NCBI GenBank assembly: GCA_017544805.1
Contig: JAFYDK010000015.1
Location: 6,858-70,857, forward strand
Origin: Bacteroidales bacterium
GTDB lineage: Bacteria; Bacteroidota; Bacteroidia; Bacteroidales; UBA3824
DNA length: 64,000 bases
Direction of reading: 5' to 3'
The notes under the pieces were generated by a model. It ran no database searches, was not told the origin of the DNA, and saw only the letters and a list, made by a program, of their open reading frames with translations. A program made the translations under genes and the position numbers. Below, piece after piece: positions 9,671 through 19,929 of the stretch (within the stretch, counting starts at the first letter, position 1; each line of letters starts with the position of its first letter).

Positions 9671-11461
9671 ATGTCACTCAAACAACTTTTCATCAAAATA
9701 ATGCCGTTTGTAAAGCCTTACAAATGGCTTGTCGTTTTAACATTGGTTATGACATTTATCGGGTCGTTGGCAGCACAAGTAAATGCCGTAGTGCTTGATA
9801 AAACCGTAGATGAAGTAAACCGACTATTGCACCTCGAACATTTTCAGTGGAGTCAGGCATCATACGTTATGGTGGTGATTTCGGCGATTCTGCTTGGCAA
9901 AGAGCTTTTGGTACTGCTTATCAATTTCGTTCAAAAATACTACGGTGAAAGAATTAAAGTATTGATTTCTCAAGACTTAGCGGCAGCCGTAATAAAAAGA
10001 GTATTAACTTTTAAAGTGGCGTTTTTCACTCGCGACGAAAACAAGCCGGGCAAAGTTCAAACACGAATTGATCGCGGTGTTGATTTTATCACGATGACAA
10101 TAAAAAACTTTTTCATCGACATTCTGCCTCTCGGCACAAGTGCGGTTTTGGCGTTGGTATTGATGTTTGCCGCAAATTTTTACGTTGGGCTGACGGCATT
10201 GGTAATTGTTCCTATCTACTTTTATGTTACCTACTTACAAGCCGGAAAACTCAAAAATTGGCGCACCAATATGCGAAACTACCGCGAGGCCAAAAGCAAC
10301 GGCATTATGAATATTCTCCAAAGCATCAACGTAATAAAATCCTTCAACAGAGAAGAAATCGAATACAACAAACAGACTAATGTTATCAACAAGCTAACAG
10401 ACAATCAGTTGAGCACACGCAAATATAGTTTTATTTACGACGGTATCAAGACGTTTGTAGAGCAAATCGGTACGGTTTTCATTATTATTTTAACAGCCTA
10501 TCTTGTTTTAACAGACTATCCGGGCATGACAATCGGCAAAATTATGTATCACGTAATGCTTTTTGCAAACGTTACCGCACCAATACGTCAGCTTCACCGC
10601 ATTTACGACGATGTAAACGAGGCTTTGATATATTCTGAAGGCTATTTTGATATACTTGAGGCTAAAGACAGCGAGGAGCAAAGCGGCAGTTACCGTCCTG
10701 AAAAAGTGCGCGGCGATATAGAGATTTCGCACGTTGATTTCACTTATCCCAACGGTTGCAAGGCGTTAACAGATATTAGCATGACAATACCGCACGGCAA
10801 AATCACAGCGTTTGTAGGACTCTCAGGTGCAGGCAAAAGTACCGTTGTAAATCTCCTTGATAAGTTTTACGAACCCCAAAGCGGAACTATTAAAATTGAC
10901 GGCGTAGACATCCGCGAATGGAACACAGAATATCTCAGAGAAAACATCGGTCTTGTGTTGCAGAAAAATCACATTTTTGACGGCACTGTGGAAGAAAATA
11001 TCCGTTACGGACGCCCAGAAGCCACATTTGAAGAAGTTTGCGAGGCTGCCAAAAAAGCTTACATCTACGACATGATAGAAAAAATGCCCGAAGGTTTCAA
11101 CACCAACGCAGCAGACCTTTCCGGCGGACAACAACAGCGCATCGCCATAGCCCGTATGTTTTTGAAAAATCCACCGATTATCTTCCTTGACGAGCCTACG
11201 GCAAGTCTTGATGCCATTGCCACCGAGCAAATCAAAAATGCCATCGATGCTATCAAACAAAACCGCACCGTGGTAATAATTTCACATTCAATATCTCAAA
11301 TTATTGATTCAGAGATGATTTATGCCCTTAACAGCGGACGTGTGGAACAAGGCGGCAAACCCGAAGAGGTTTATAAACAAGGCGGAATTTACAAGAAAAT
11401 TTTCGACGCCTCAGCCCGAAGCCTCAATATTGATAAGATTGTTAAAATGACGGAAGGATAA
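9671..11461 (+). CDS. ABC exporter, fused permease/ATPase (MsbA-like)
   Basis: Six-TM exporter domain, Walker A GLSGAGKST, signature LSGGQQQR, Walker B IIFLDEPT. I prefer the ATG at 9671 (MSLKQLF...) because a TATATTTG -7 box lies at 9626..9633, inside the longer ORF that begins at 9569. Confidence 0.85.
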   Translation: MSLKQLFIKIMPFVKPYKWLVVLTLVMTFIGSLAAQVNAVVLDKTVDEVNRLLHLEHFQWSQASYVMVVISAILLGKELLVLLINFVQKYYGERIKVLISQDLAAAVIKRVLTFKVAFFTRDENKPGKVQTRIDRGVDFITMTIKNFFIDILPLGTSAVLALVLMFAANFYVGLTALVIVPIYFYVTYLQAGKLKNWRTNMRNYREAKSNGIMNILQSINVIKSFNREEIEYNKQTNVINKLTDNQLSTRKYSFIYDGIKTFVEQIGTVFIIILTAYLVLTDYPGMTIGKIMYHVMLFANVTAPIRQLHRIYDDVNEALIYSEGYFDILEAKDSEEQSGSYRPEKVRGDIEISHVDFTYPNGCKALTDISMTIPHGKITAFVGLSGAGKSTVVNLLDKFYEPQSGTIKIDGVDIREWNTEYLRENIGLVLQKNHIFDGTVEENIRYGRPEATFEEVCEAAKKAYIYDMIEKMPEGFNTNAADLSGGQQQRIAIARMFLKNPPIIFLDEPTASLDAIATEQIKNAIDAIKQNRTVVIISHSISQIIDSEMIYALNSGRVEQGGKPEEVYKQGGIYKKIFDASARSLNIDKIVKMTEG

Positions 11462-11485
11462 TTTTTCTCTCGTTAATTCATAATA

Positions 11486-11537
11486 AAAACCTCAACTTTA
11501 AAACCCGACTTCGAGTTTTAAGTTGAGGTTTTATTTT
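11486..11537. terminator. Bidirectional terminator between the convergent ABC exporter and acid phosphatase genes
   Basis: Stem aacctcaactttaaaac / gttttaagttgaggtt (one bulge), flanked by A- and T-runs. Confidence 0.75.
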
Positions 11538-12320
11538 TTATTTCAACACAGCGGTACTCGGTTTGATTTTACCGGCTTTTTTAAGTTTTGCAAATTCATC
11601 TTTAGCTTTTGAGAGTTGTTTTTGAAATGCAGCGTTAGAATGAAGTGCGGCAACAGTAGCAGCTGCCATTATGCGACCTGCCTGAACGTCTGTATCATAA
11701 TGTGCGCCAACAATTTTACGGCTTTCACCTATTTCGTAACCGCGTTTTATGATTTCGTTTTGATGTTCGGGATTGATTTCAGCAAGGATTAACGCCGCAG
11801 CAAATCCGTAGCAACTATGTCCTGAAGGATATGAACCACTGTTACGCATGTGGTCTTCGTTGTCGGGAGTGCTTGTATTATCATTGAAAAATACAAAAGG
11901 ACGAATTCTTTTATAATAATTTTTGGCCTTTTTGGGGGCAATTCCACCTGCATCACGACCAATTGAACGCACAAGCGTAAAAATTTCAGGAGTGTTTTCT
12001 AATGTGATTTGAGTACCGAAAACCTCACCAAAAGCATTGTTCATACCTTGAAGACCATCAAGAGTAGCGTCAGTGATAGCTTTTTCGCCGCGCTCGGTAT
12101 TACGGATACTTTTGCCCCAATAATACTGATATTGGTCGTTAAGAAACTGAACACTATTGAACTCAGGATATACAGGCAAAATATAAAGACTATTAGGAAC
12201 TTCCTCAACCTTCAGATATTCCTGCTGAACGACATCGGTTTTACCGGGAATTGAATTGTTTTGAGCTGATGCACCTGCAACAGAAGCTAACAAGAGCATC
12301 GAAAATAATATCTTTCTCAT
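11538..12320 (-). CDS. Class A (PAP2) non-specific acid phosphatase, secreted
   Basis: Signal peptide ...ASAQ. Tripartite PAP2 motif KRIRPF / PSGHS / SRKIVGAHYDTDV. Confidence 0.85.
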   Translation of the reverse strand: MRKILFSMLLLASVAGASAQNNSIPGKTDVVQQEYLKVEEVPNSLYILPVYPEFNSVQFLNDQYQYYWGKSIRNTERGEKAITDATLDGLQGMNNAFGEVFGTQITLENTPEIFTLVRSIGRDAGGIAPKKAKNYYKRIRPFVFFNDNTSTPDNEDHMRNSGSYPSGHSCYGFAAALILAEINPEHQNEIIKRGYEIGESRKIVGAHYDTDVQAGRIMAAATVAALHSNAAFQKQLSKAKDEFAKLKKAGKIKPSTAVLK

Positions 12321-12350
12321 GTTTTTTTAATTTTGTAATTGTTAATGGTG

Positions 12351-12358
12351 CAAAGATA
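12351..12358 (-). promoter_or_regulatory. Bacteroidota -7 promoter box (TAnnTTTG)
   Basis: The minus strand reads TATCTTTG, about 31 nt upstream of the acid phosphatase start at 12320. Confidence 0.4.
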
Positions 12359-12465
12359 GTATTTCTTTTGTTAAATACAACAAATCTTTTTTCATTCATA
12401 AAATTAAACTATCACCAAAATAAAAAGTCAAAAATAGAAATTTTTTCAAAAAAAAGACTCGAAAC

Positions 12466-13074
12466 ATGAACAAGATTTTAACGTTTGCAACTTGCGCCCT
12501 TCTCGCTGTGGGTATTAACAGTTGCTGCAACAAAAACAGTTGCGAAAAAAATCAATCTGGCACATCATGCCTTGAAGTTATCAAAAACCGCACAAGTATC
12601 CGTCAGTACACTGACCAACCCGTTGAAAAAGAGAAAATAGACCAACTCCTTAGAGCCGGACTTGCAGCCCCCTCTGCCATGAACAAACAGCCGTGGAAAA
12701 TTGTTGCTCTTACCAACAAAGAAAAAATCAAGGAACTCGCAGATTCAACCGGCAAACCGCCAATCGCAAAATCAACACTTACGATAATTGTTTGCGGTGA
12801 TATGACAAAAACTTCCGGCAACGCTGACGACCTTTGGTGGAGTGAAGATTGCGGAGCTGTTACAGAAAACGTTCTTTTAGCAGCCACGGCACAAGGTCTT
12901 GGAGCTGTTTGGTGCGGCACTTGGCCCGATCCAAACCGTTACAACAAAGCACGTCAAGTACTCGGACTTCCTGAAAACCTTGTCCCCTACTCTATGATTG
13001 CAATCGGTTATCCCGGCGAAAACCCGACTCCGAAAGATAAATTCACAGAAGATAATATCATCAGAATAGAATAA
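12466..13074 (+). CDS. Nitroreductase-family flavoprotein with an N-terminal lipoprotein-like export signal
   Basis: IKNRTSIRQYTDQPV...LLRAGLAAPSAMNKQPWKIV is typical of the nitroreductase fold. It is preceded by MNKILTFATCALLAVGINSC and a Cys-rich linker. Confidence 0.75.
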   Translation: MNKILTFATCALLAVGINSCCNKNSCEKNQSGTSCLEVIKNRTSIRQYTDQPVEKEKIDQLLRAGLAAPSAMNKQPWKIVALTNKEKIKELADSTGKPPIAKSTLTIIVCGDMTKTSGNADDLWWSEDCGAVTENVLLAATAQGLGAVWCGTWPDPNRYNKARQVLGLPENLVPYSMIAIGYPGENPTPKDKFTEDNIIRIE

Positions 13075-13092
13075 AATTTTTAATTTTTAATT

Positions 13093-13135
13093 AAAAAAAA
13101 AATGGGCATTTTTAAAAAAAACGCCCATTTTTTTA
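13093..13135. terminator. Bidirectional terminator between the convergent nitroreductase and GH9-like genes
   Basis: Stem aatgggc / gcccatt, flanked by A8-10 and T7 runs. Confidence 0.6.
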
Positions 13136-13137
13136 TT

Positions 13138-15663
13138 CTATCTTTTTCCTAAACTTTCCGCTGCTAATACCAAAAACATATAATTGGTAGACCCGCCACC
13201 AATTACGTATTCTGTTTGTTGCCAAAGATAAGGAAACTTTAAAAGTTCAGGAAAGTCAGGGCGAATCAAACCCGTACCCGAAACCACACCGCCCGGAATG
13301 TACGACCAGTCAGCACGATTTAATCCATAACCTACCGTCGCAGACTCCGCTCCTACTCCAGAGGCAAATGACGCACGGTTTAAACCCGGATGACAACCCA
13401 AAACAAAATTCAAAGCATCAAAAACAGGTTGCGGAGAAAAAATTTCAGGATATTGAGCGGCAAGAAAATAATGTTTTACGCCAAAACTTTGAATATCCCA
13501 ACCCGCGCCCCAAATATTAGGACGATACGGCACTCCGTAAGGATTCTCCGTCGTAGAGACTTTTAGTTTTTCATTATAACCGCTTAAAGCCAAACGAAAA
13601 GCCTTTGAAAACGCTTTATAACGTTTGTCAGTCTGCTTAGAACAATATTTTTCGATTCTCGCCAAATACCAACCGCAAAAACCGATATATTTATCAAGCG
13701 AATCGGTAAGCGTTACGATTTTGTCCAAATACTCTTTGTTTTCAGTGGAAATAAAAAGTTCCGCACAAGCCTGAACCTTTGCAAACAAGGCAAAACCCGT
13801 AACGTTTTTGTTCTGATTATAAACATCTTGCGCAATTTCCAAACAACGTCTTGACAAGGTATCGTTAAACCCTTTCAAAGTACGGTAAGAGGCAGCAAGA
13901 CAAGAGGCCGTAGAAAGTTCTCTAAAAGGATTTTTCTCGGTATAAACTCTGCGGTCATCATTGTTGCCGCAAATATTATCCGTCATGGCTGAAGCATCAC
14001 CGAGCAAAACATATTGACGTAAATTATTACAAATAATACCTCTATAAAGCCGGCCTAACGCATTATAACCGGCAACAATACTCAACGCACCGTTTTCAAT
14101 TTGTTGAAGAATATCGTTTTTACCATCGCCTTGATGAATCTCCACAACACGATTTTGCCAATCAATAGCGGTAACGTCGATTTCGGGTTTAAAACATTCG
14201 TAAGCAAGTGAAAGATTATAACATTCATTGGCTTGCGATTCTATTCTGAGGTCAAAATCGCCGGCATCATGCCAACCACCGACGTTAATTTTTTTAGGAC
14301 TATCGGGAACAAGACCCGGAAAACTTTCCTTCTGGTCATAACCGTCAAAAAGATTTCCCTTCTCAGCCACAAGTGCATCGTCTAAATGACAGGCATCATG
14401 CCAAACTCTGTATTTTTCGTTTACTCTGACATGACACATCTGAACCGGCAAAAAATATTCAATCACAGGTTGCCAAACTCCGCGTTCATAAACATCGTTA
14501 TCTATCTTAAAAACAACGGATTGAGAATCTTTATAAATGATTTTGTAAAGTCCCGGTTGAGTAATTTTAGAGAAATCAAATGTCAAATAATTATAACGCA
14601 AAAATTTGCCCCAAACTTTCGGTTCTTGTTTCAAGACGATTTCCTCGCCCTCGGCCGTAATACGATAAAGAACAGCCTCTTTGACATCAGAATCGCGGCT
14701 GTCGGTTTCAATAATTGCGCATTTGGGTTGATTAGGCAAATAACCTACTTGCGAGGTCTGAATCACGGGAGCATAACGCCATTGACTAACGGTATTAGGT
14801 GTGATTTTCCATTTCAAGACATCGCCTTGTTTGCCAACAGGAAGTTCGCTGCGAAGCACAAACCAACCGTTATTGTGATTCAACCGTCCGTCATAAAGTT
14901 TTAAAGTAGCGAATGGTGATTCTACTGTAATTTTTTTGTACCCGTCGTTAGGACAAAGCACAAATTTATTGCCCTCGGCGTATGGTTTTGCAACAATGTC
15001 ATCGGCAATAAGAGGACTATAACCACTGCCCAAAAACTTCTGTAAATCAACGGTTGAGCCGCCTTTGCCCTCGAAATCACCTTTATATTTGAAAATTGAT
15101 TGAGAGGTTTCAAGCGGAGCATTAGGTTGCTGCGGAAAAATTCCTGATTTATTGTCCATTAACCACGGCTGACCAAACAATTCTCCGGGAAAAAATTCAA
15201 GATTAAAACCAACTTTTCCTTTATACTTTTCAGGAATCGGTCTGTCAATATTAACAGTAACCTCAACGGCAGAGCCTAAAGCCTTGGTCTCAACAGTGTA
15301 ATAAAACACCAAATCGGGATAAACCATAGGATTAAAACCCTTTAAATGCCGGCTCGTATCAGGGAAACACATTTTAGCGGTTATAACATTGTCAGAAACC
15401 TTTCTGTCGATTTTCTTTGGAACGGGTTGCCACTGACCGGGAGTAGGTTCGAGCCTGAGGTCGCCGTTTGTTGCTAAACGCTTACCGTTCATAATGATAC
15501 ACACGCCGCCCTGATGTCCTTCGGGATAATAATCATCAAAACAAGCGATGTCCACACCGTAATTATTAAAACAGCCCGCCTCGTTAATTTTAAATTCTTG
15601 GGCATTAACATTCAATGAATTAAAGATTAATGCCGATAATGCTGATAAAATAAATCTTTTCAT
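13138..15663 (-). CDS. GH9-like glycoside hydrolase with a large N-terminal extension, secreted
   Basis: Signal peptide ...NVNAQ. The GGWHDAGDFDLR motif resembles GGWYDAGD of GH9. C-terminal WQQTEYVIGGGSTNYMF resembles the GH9 NEvA region. 841 aa. Confidence 0.55.
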   Translation of the reverse strand: MKRFILSALSALIFNSLNVNAQEFKINEAGCFNNYGVDIACFDDYYPEGHQGGVCIIMNGKRLATNGDLRLEPTPGQWQPVPKKIDRKVSDNVITAKMCFPDTSRHLKGFNPMVYPDLVFYYTVETKALGSAVEVTVNIDRPIPEKYKGKVGFNLEFFPGELFGQPWLMDNKSGIFPQQPNAPLETSQSIFKYKGDFEGKGGSTVDLQKFLGSGYSPLIADDIVAKPYAEGNKFVLCPNDGYKKITVESPFATLKLYDGRLNHNNGWFVLRSELPVGKQGDVLKWKITPNTVSQWRYAPVIQTSQVGYLPNQPKCAIIETDSRDSDVKEAVLYRITAEGEEIVLKQEPKVWGKFLRYNYLTFDFSKITQPGLYKIIYKDSQSVVFKIDNDVYERGVWQPVIEYFLPVQMCHVRVNEKYRVWHDACHLDDALVAEKGNLFDGYDQKESFPGLVPDSPKKINVGGWHDAGDFDLRIESQANECYNLSLAYECFKPEIDVTAIDWQNRVVEIHQGDGKNDILQQIENGALSIVAGYNALGRLYRGIICNNLRQYVLLGDASAMTDNICGNNDDRRVYTEKNPFRELSTASCLAASYRTLKGFNDTLSRRCLEIAQDVYNQNKNVTGFALFAKVQACAELFISTENKEYLDKIVTLTDSLDKYIGFCGWYLARIEKYCSKQTDKRYKAFSKAFRLALSGYNEKLKVSTTENPYGVPYRPNIWGAGWDIQSFGVKHYFLAAQYPEIFSPQPVFDALNFVLGCHPGLNRASFASGVGAESATVGYGLNRADWSYIPGGVVSGTGLIRPDFPELLKFPYLWQQTEYVIGGGSTNYMFLVLAAESLGKR

Positions 15664-15721
15664 AATATGGTAATTTTTTTAGGCGGGCAATTTAGAAATA
15701 AAAAATCGAAACTACAAGCAT

Positions 15722-15754
15722 AAAAAAAAGCGGAATTAGTTATAACTCCGCTTT
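15722..15754 (-). terminator. Rho-independent terminator after 15785..16387
   Basis: The minus strand reads aaaagcggag...ctccgc-type stem (agcgga/tccgct) followed by T8. Confidence 0.6.
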
Positions 15755-15784
15755 TCATATCTTAAAATCTTTCAAGAAAAAAAA

Positions 15785-16387
15785 TTAGTTGAAATCGTAA
15801 ACGTCAGATACTTTGTCGATGACATAAACCGTAAAACAACCTTTCACAACTTCCGGTCCGCCTTCTTGAGGAACTTCTTTCTTTACAGTACCTGTCATAT
15901 TACCGTAATCGTCATAAGTGTATTCCTCGATGTATTTAACGCTGTTTTTAATTTCAATCATAATTTTTACACTCGTAGATTGTGCGGGCGCAAAGTCAAA
16001 AAACGGGTGAACGTACTGATTCTTCTCATTAAGATAATCCTGAAGACAAGTCGTACCCTTTTTGGGCTCGTTACCTTCCTCCAACTTACCAGGCAAATCA
16101 ATAATCGTTTGATTAGAGTTCAAATCAACGATTTTTACCTGAACCTCGTTGTTGAAAACGGGCGATGCAAAAAACTGCAATCTGTATTCATTACCTTTGG
16201 TAAGTGGTAATACAAATTCATATTTTTTGCCGGAAAAACAAGTAGCACTTTTTGATGCGGTATTGTATCTCCAAGGCTTTTCAGCTTTTCTAAAACTCAA
16301 AAAATCTGCACAATTTTGCGCCTGTGCTGCTATCGGCAGCAATGCTGATATTGCTAAACCGAGTATTATGTTTCTTAACCTTTTCAT
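15785..16387 (-). CDS. Secreted hypothetical protein
   Basis: A 200-aa ORF with the signal peptide MKRLRNIILGLAISALLPIAAQAQ, followed by a minus-strand terminator. I recognise no family. Confidence 0.5.
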   Translation of the reverse strand: MKRLRNIILGLAISALLPIAAQAQNCADFLSFRKAEKPWRYNTASKSATCFSGKKYEFVLPLTKGNEYRLQFFASPVFNNEVQVKIVDLNSNQTIIDLPGKLEEGNEPKKGTTCLQDYLNEKNQYVHPFFDFAPAQSTSVKIMIEIKNSVKYIEEYTYDDYGNMTGTVKKEVPQEGGPEVVKGCFTVYVIDKVSDVYDFN

Positions 16388-16455
16388 ATTCTCTCAATAT
16401 TGTTTTCCTATAAAACGCCGCAATTGTTTTATTATTTTATATTTAAGCGTTTTTT

Positions 16456-17352
16456 TTACTTGTTGGTGATAAGTGCTGTTCTGATCTCGGCCATTCTCTT
16501 TTTTAACAAGTTGAAATTCTCTTCGCTGATTTCAATTTTCTTGCCGCCGCCGATAACTATTGCTCCATCGCTTGTGGTAGTATTTGAGGTTTGCTCCGTA
16601 AATACAACCGATAATTTGTTGTAAGCCTCTTCCAAAGGTTTCAACTGATTGATAGTCTCTTCGATGCCCGGACGAGACTTGTATTGTCCAAGATATGCCA
16701 TAAGACTTTCAAAAACGTTTTTCTCGTCAGCTATCTGCTGAATGTTGAGATCCGTATCAGAAAAACTTTCAATAGAGTTTGTTATAATATACATACATTC
16801 GAGCCAACCGCCTGCCGAAATTTGAGCTATCGTAGCGTTTTTGCCTTGAGATTCAAGTGCTTTTTTGATGTCGATATAAGTATCGTTAGCAATAGCTTTA
16901 AGAGAATCTTTGTCTTCGATGTGTTGGTCTACTCTTGAAGAAAGTTTCTGATTGAAAACGGCTTCCAAACCCAATTTTGAAGAAAGCTCTTTAAGAGTTT
17001 TAAGATATTTTGCAGCATCCTGATACTGACCGTTTACAGCGCAGTATGCCATATCGGCACAATAAACGCCGAAATTTACTTCCTGAGATTTGCTGTCTTG
17101 ATAATTACCTGCGTTTTCGCTCGGATTGAGCAATTGTGAAGAAAATTTCAATTTTTCTGCCGAAAACGCAAAAATATCTTCAGGAGAAGGCAAAAGATAG
17201 AAAGTAGTAGGCTCTTCTACTTGCGCAAATCCGGATTCCTCCTGACCTTGGTTTTGATTTTTATTTTCGCTGCCGCTTCCCGAGCAAGCTTGCAAACTAA
17301 GTAAGGCACTTGCAGCTGCTACCATGCCGAATGCTTTGTAATTAAATTTCAT
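16456..17352 (-). CDS. Hypothetical lipoprotein (predicted helical)
   Basis: The internal start MKFNYKAFGMVAAASALLSLQACSG gives a lipobox. The longer ORF to 17421 adds a non-signal leader. I recognise no family. Confidence 0.5.
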   Translation of the reverse strand: MKFNYKAFGMVAAASALLSLQACSGSGSENKNQNQGQEESGFAQVEEPTTFYLLPSPEDIFAFSAEKLKFSSQLLNPSENAGNYQDSKSQEVNFGVYCADMAYCAVNGQYQDAAKYLKTLKELSSKLGLEAVFNQKLSSRVDQHIEDKDSLKAIANDTYIDIKKALESQGKNATIAQISAGGWLECMYIITNSIESFSDTDLNIQQIADEKNVFESLMAYLGQYKSRPGIEETINQLKPLEEAYNKLSVVFTEQTSNTTTSDGAIVIGGGKKIEISEENFNLLKKRMAEIRTALITNK

Positions 17353-17401
17353 AATTTTTGATAAATTTAAAATTTGAGTTATTTGATTAAACTTCATTGT
17401 A

Positions 17402-17854
17402 TTAAATAAGTTTACTTTCACTATTGCTTTTAGTCCATATAAGTTTTTTGCCGAATCCGAAACGGTTGTCCGTCATCTTCAAAAAATCTATTTCAAGGCT
17501 CAAATATTCGCCCGGAACAGCTACGGCATAGGGAAACCTTTTAAGATAAATTTTCTTAATATCATCAAAAAAATTGCCCGTATGTTTTACGGCTAAAGCT
17601 GTGAATTGTAATCCCTGAATTTTGCCGATTTCATCAGTTTCCAAAACAACAGAACCTGCAACAAAAGGATTTTCAGCGATTTCCAAAGCATGACGCGTAG
17701 AATCGCTGCCTTTTATCACAAAAATGTTTTGTTTTTCGTCGTATGCGTAATAACAATTGCAACAATACGGACGGTTGCCGCAAGAGGTTGCAAGAGTTAA
17801 TACATGATGTGAGTTAATAAACTCAACAATTCTTTTGTCAATGATGTCAGCCAT
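17402..17854 (-). CDS. Pyridoxamine-5'-phosphate-oxidase-like FMN-binding split-barrel protein (YhbP-like)
   Basis: MADIIDKRIVEFINSHHVLTLATSC...PYCCNCYYAYDE...FVIKGSDSTRH resembles the UPF0306/PNPOx-like family. Confidence 0.5.
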   Translation of the reverse strand: MADIIDKRIVEFINSHHVLTLATSCGNRPYCCNCYYAYDEKQNIFVIKGSDSTRHALEIAENPFVAGSVVLETDEIGKIQGLQFTALAVKHTGNFFDDIKKIYLKRFPYAVAVPGEYLSLEIDFLKMTDNRFGFGKKLIWTKSNSESKLI

Positions 17855-17934
17855 CGTCTCTCTTTTTTCAAACCACAAACGTAATTTTTATTCTCAAATA
17901 TTTGGTTTAAAATATCTTTAACAAAACAATAATT

Positions 17935-19929
17935 TTATTCATCACCAAAAGGAATACCAGTTTCTTTGTAATCAGTGCGCACTACTTTGAATTCGGTGCG
18001 GCGGTTAAGCTGATGACATATTTCCTTATCTTGATTATTTTCAAGACGGTTGATGAAATTTTCGTCAAGAACATCGCCTTCTTTGAGGAAGGGATATTTT
18101 CCTGCTATTTTTTTGCTGACTTTCAACGGGTTAGTCTCGCCCATACCTCTTGTGGCAAGTCTATCCTCGCTGATTCCGCGGCTTATAAGGTAATTGACAA
18201 CGGACTGCGCTCTAGCTTGTGAAAGTTCCATATTAGCATCATCAGAACCTCTAAAGTCGGTATTAGCTCTAAGCTCTATCGTAATGGTATTATTTACGTT
18301 GAGAATATCAACCAACAAATCAAGCGATACTTTTGATTCCTCTCTCAAAGTTGCTTGATTGAAATCGTATTCGATATTTTCAATTTCAATAACGTTAGCA
18401 AGGGGAGTCATCAAAATTTCAAGATGCAAAACGGTATTTTCAGTAAGACCTCTTGTTGTTTCTTTTCCGATGCCCTTGAGGTAGCCCGGCTTTTCGGTTA
18501 TAAACATATAATCATTGTTTTCTGTTAATTGAAAACGGAATTTACCGGCATTATCGGTTTTGCCCTCGAGTTGAGTACCGTCAGTAGAAGTCATTTTGAC
18601 CTTAGCATCGGTAACAACAACGGTTGTTTCTTCGTTTTTAACTATGCCTTCGATGCTGACTTGAATCGGAGGAAGATAAAATCCCCAAATATCATCGCTC
18701 CTTGAGCCTTCACGGTTAGAAGAGAAATATCCTCTTTTAAAAGTTTTGAAAAAGCGTATTCCATAATCATCGGCTGAGGAGTTAATAGGATATTTCATGT
18801 TCTCGCACAAATCCTTTCCGTCTTTGTTGTAACATCTAAAAATATCCAAACCGCCCATTCCGCCTCTACCGTTAGAGGAGAAATACAAACTTCCATCGTA
18901 TGCTGCAAAAGGAAAGACCTCATCGCTTTTTGTATTAACAAGAGAACCTAAATTTTGCGGACTTGACCAAGAATTTTTGCCGGTTCTGGTTGCCTTCCAA
19001 ATATCTCTGCCGCCCAAACCGCCTTTAGCATCGGACGAGAAATACAAAGTCTTGCCATCGGGCGAAAGACAAGGATGACCCACTGAAACGCTACTATCAG
19101 CAAAAAGTACAACTTCTTCGGGATTGCCCCAACGGTTTTCTTCAAATTGTGAAACATAAATTTTACAACCTAAAGACTGACCTTTGTAATTTTTGCACGA
19201 GGTATAATACATAGTATTTCCGTCCTCTGTTACAAAAGGTGCGCCTTCGTCAAAAGGAGTATTAACTGCGCCTTCCACTGGTACGGGAAGCGACCATTTG
19301 CCTTTCTTATCCTTTGACGAATAGAATATGTCGGTGTAATAAAATCCTGAATTAGCATTTTTCTCGTTGCCGGTTGCTGCCTCTCTGGCCGAGGTGTAAT
19401 AAATTTCGGTACTATCGGAGCCGAACGAAGGCGAAAAATCAGCCTCCTTATCGTTGAGCCAACGGGCATTCCAAACCTCATAACGGGTCGGAGTTTTTAT
19501 CCATTTCAATGAGGTTTCACAATCCTTTACGCCTTGTTCGCCTCTTGGGTCTTCGGGCATAAGGTCTTGAAACGAACTGTAAAGTGATGAAGCATCCTCA
19601 TAATTGCCTTTCATTTTCATTGCATCGGCCAAATAGAGGGTTGCAAGCGGATTGGAATATTTCGCCTGAACAGCCTTTCTATACCATTTTTCTGCATTAC
19701 GAGCATCGCTCAAATTTCTGCTACATTCTCCAATATAAAAAGAAACCTGCCCTTTTGTAGGCCTGTCTTTGATCTTCGGGAAATATTTTATCAGCATTTC
19801 ACGACATTTCGTGTATTCGCCGCTATTGTAATAAGTCAGAGCCTTATCTACTTTTTTGTTTTGTGCAAAAGACGGTAACGCCGCAAATGCAGCTACCGTC
19901 AACGCCGTTGCTAAAATCAAATTCCGCAT
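17935..19929 (-). CDS. OmpA-family peptidoglycan-associated protein with TPR, TolB-like beta-propeller repeats and a CarboxypepD_reg-like domain
   Basis: Start at MRNLILATALTVAAFAALPSFAQ. Repeated SP..S.DG...YF.S......GG.DI motifs (WD40-like/TolB). C-terminal OmpA domain (LRANTDFRGSDDANMELSQARAQSVVNYL...RLATRGMGE...NRRTEF). Confidence 0.8.
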   Translation of the reverse strand: MRNLILATALTVAAFAALPSFAQNKKVDKALTYYNSGEYTKCREMLIKYFPKIKDRPTKGQVSFYIGECSRNLSDARNAEKWYRKAVQAKYSNPLATLYLADAMKMKGNYEDASSLYSSFQDLMPEDPRGEQGVKDCETSLKWIKTPTRYEVWNARWLNDKEADFSPSFGSDSTEIYYTSAREAATGNEKNANSGFYYTDIFYSSKDKKGKWSLPVPVEGAVNTPFDEGAPFVTEDGNTMYYTSCKNYKGQSLGCKIYVSQFEENRWGNPEEVVLFADSSVSVGHPCLSPDGKTLYFSSDAKGGLGGRDIWKATRTGKNSWSSPQNLGSLVNTKSDEVFPFAAYDGSLYFSSNGRGGMGGLDIFRCYNKDGKDLCENMKYPINSSADDYGIRFFKTFKRGYFSSNREGSRSDDIWGFYLPPIQVSIEGIVKNEETTVVVTDAKVKMTSTDGTQLEGKTDNAGKFRFQLTENNDYMFITEKPGYLKGIGKETTRGLTENTVLHLEILMTPLANVIEIENIEYDFNQATLREESKVSLDLLVDILNVNNTITIELRANTDFRGSDDANMELSQARAQSVVNYLISRGISEDRLATRGMGETNPLKVSKKIAGKYPFLKEGDVLDENFINRLENNQDKEICHQLNRRTEFKVVRTDYKETGIPFGDE

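Noticed and set aside
12009-12469. Plus-strand ORFs 12009..12254 and 12251..12469 across the acid phosphatase 5' end and its promoter region.
   Set aside because: They overlap the well-supported PAP2 gene and the divergent promoter spacer. They have no recognisable motifs.
16149-16624. Plus-strand ORFs 16149..16469 and 16400..16624 spanning the junction of two minus-strand genes.
   Set aside because: They are antisense to signal-peptide-bearing ORFs. Their hydrophobic translations derive from the AT-rich antisense sequence.
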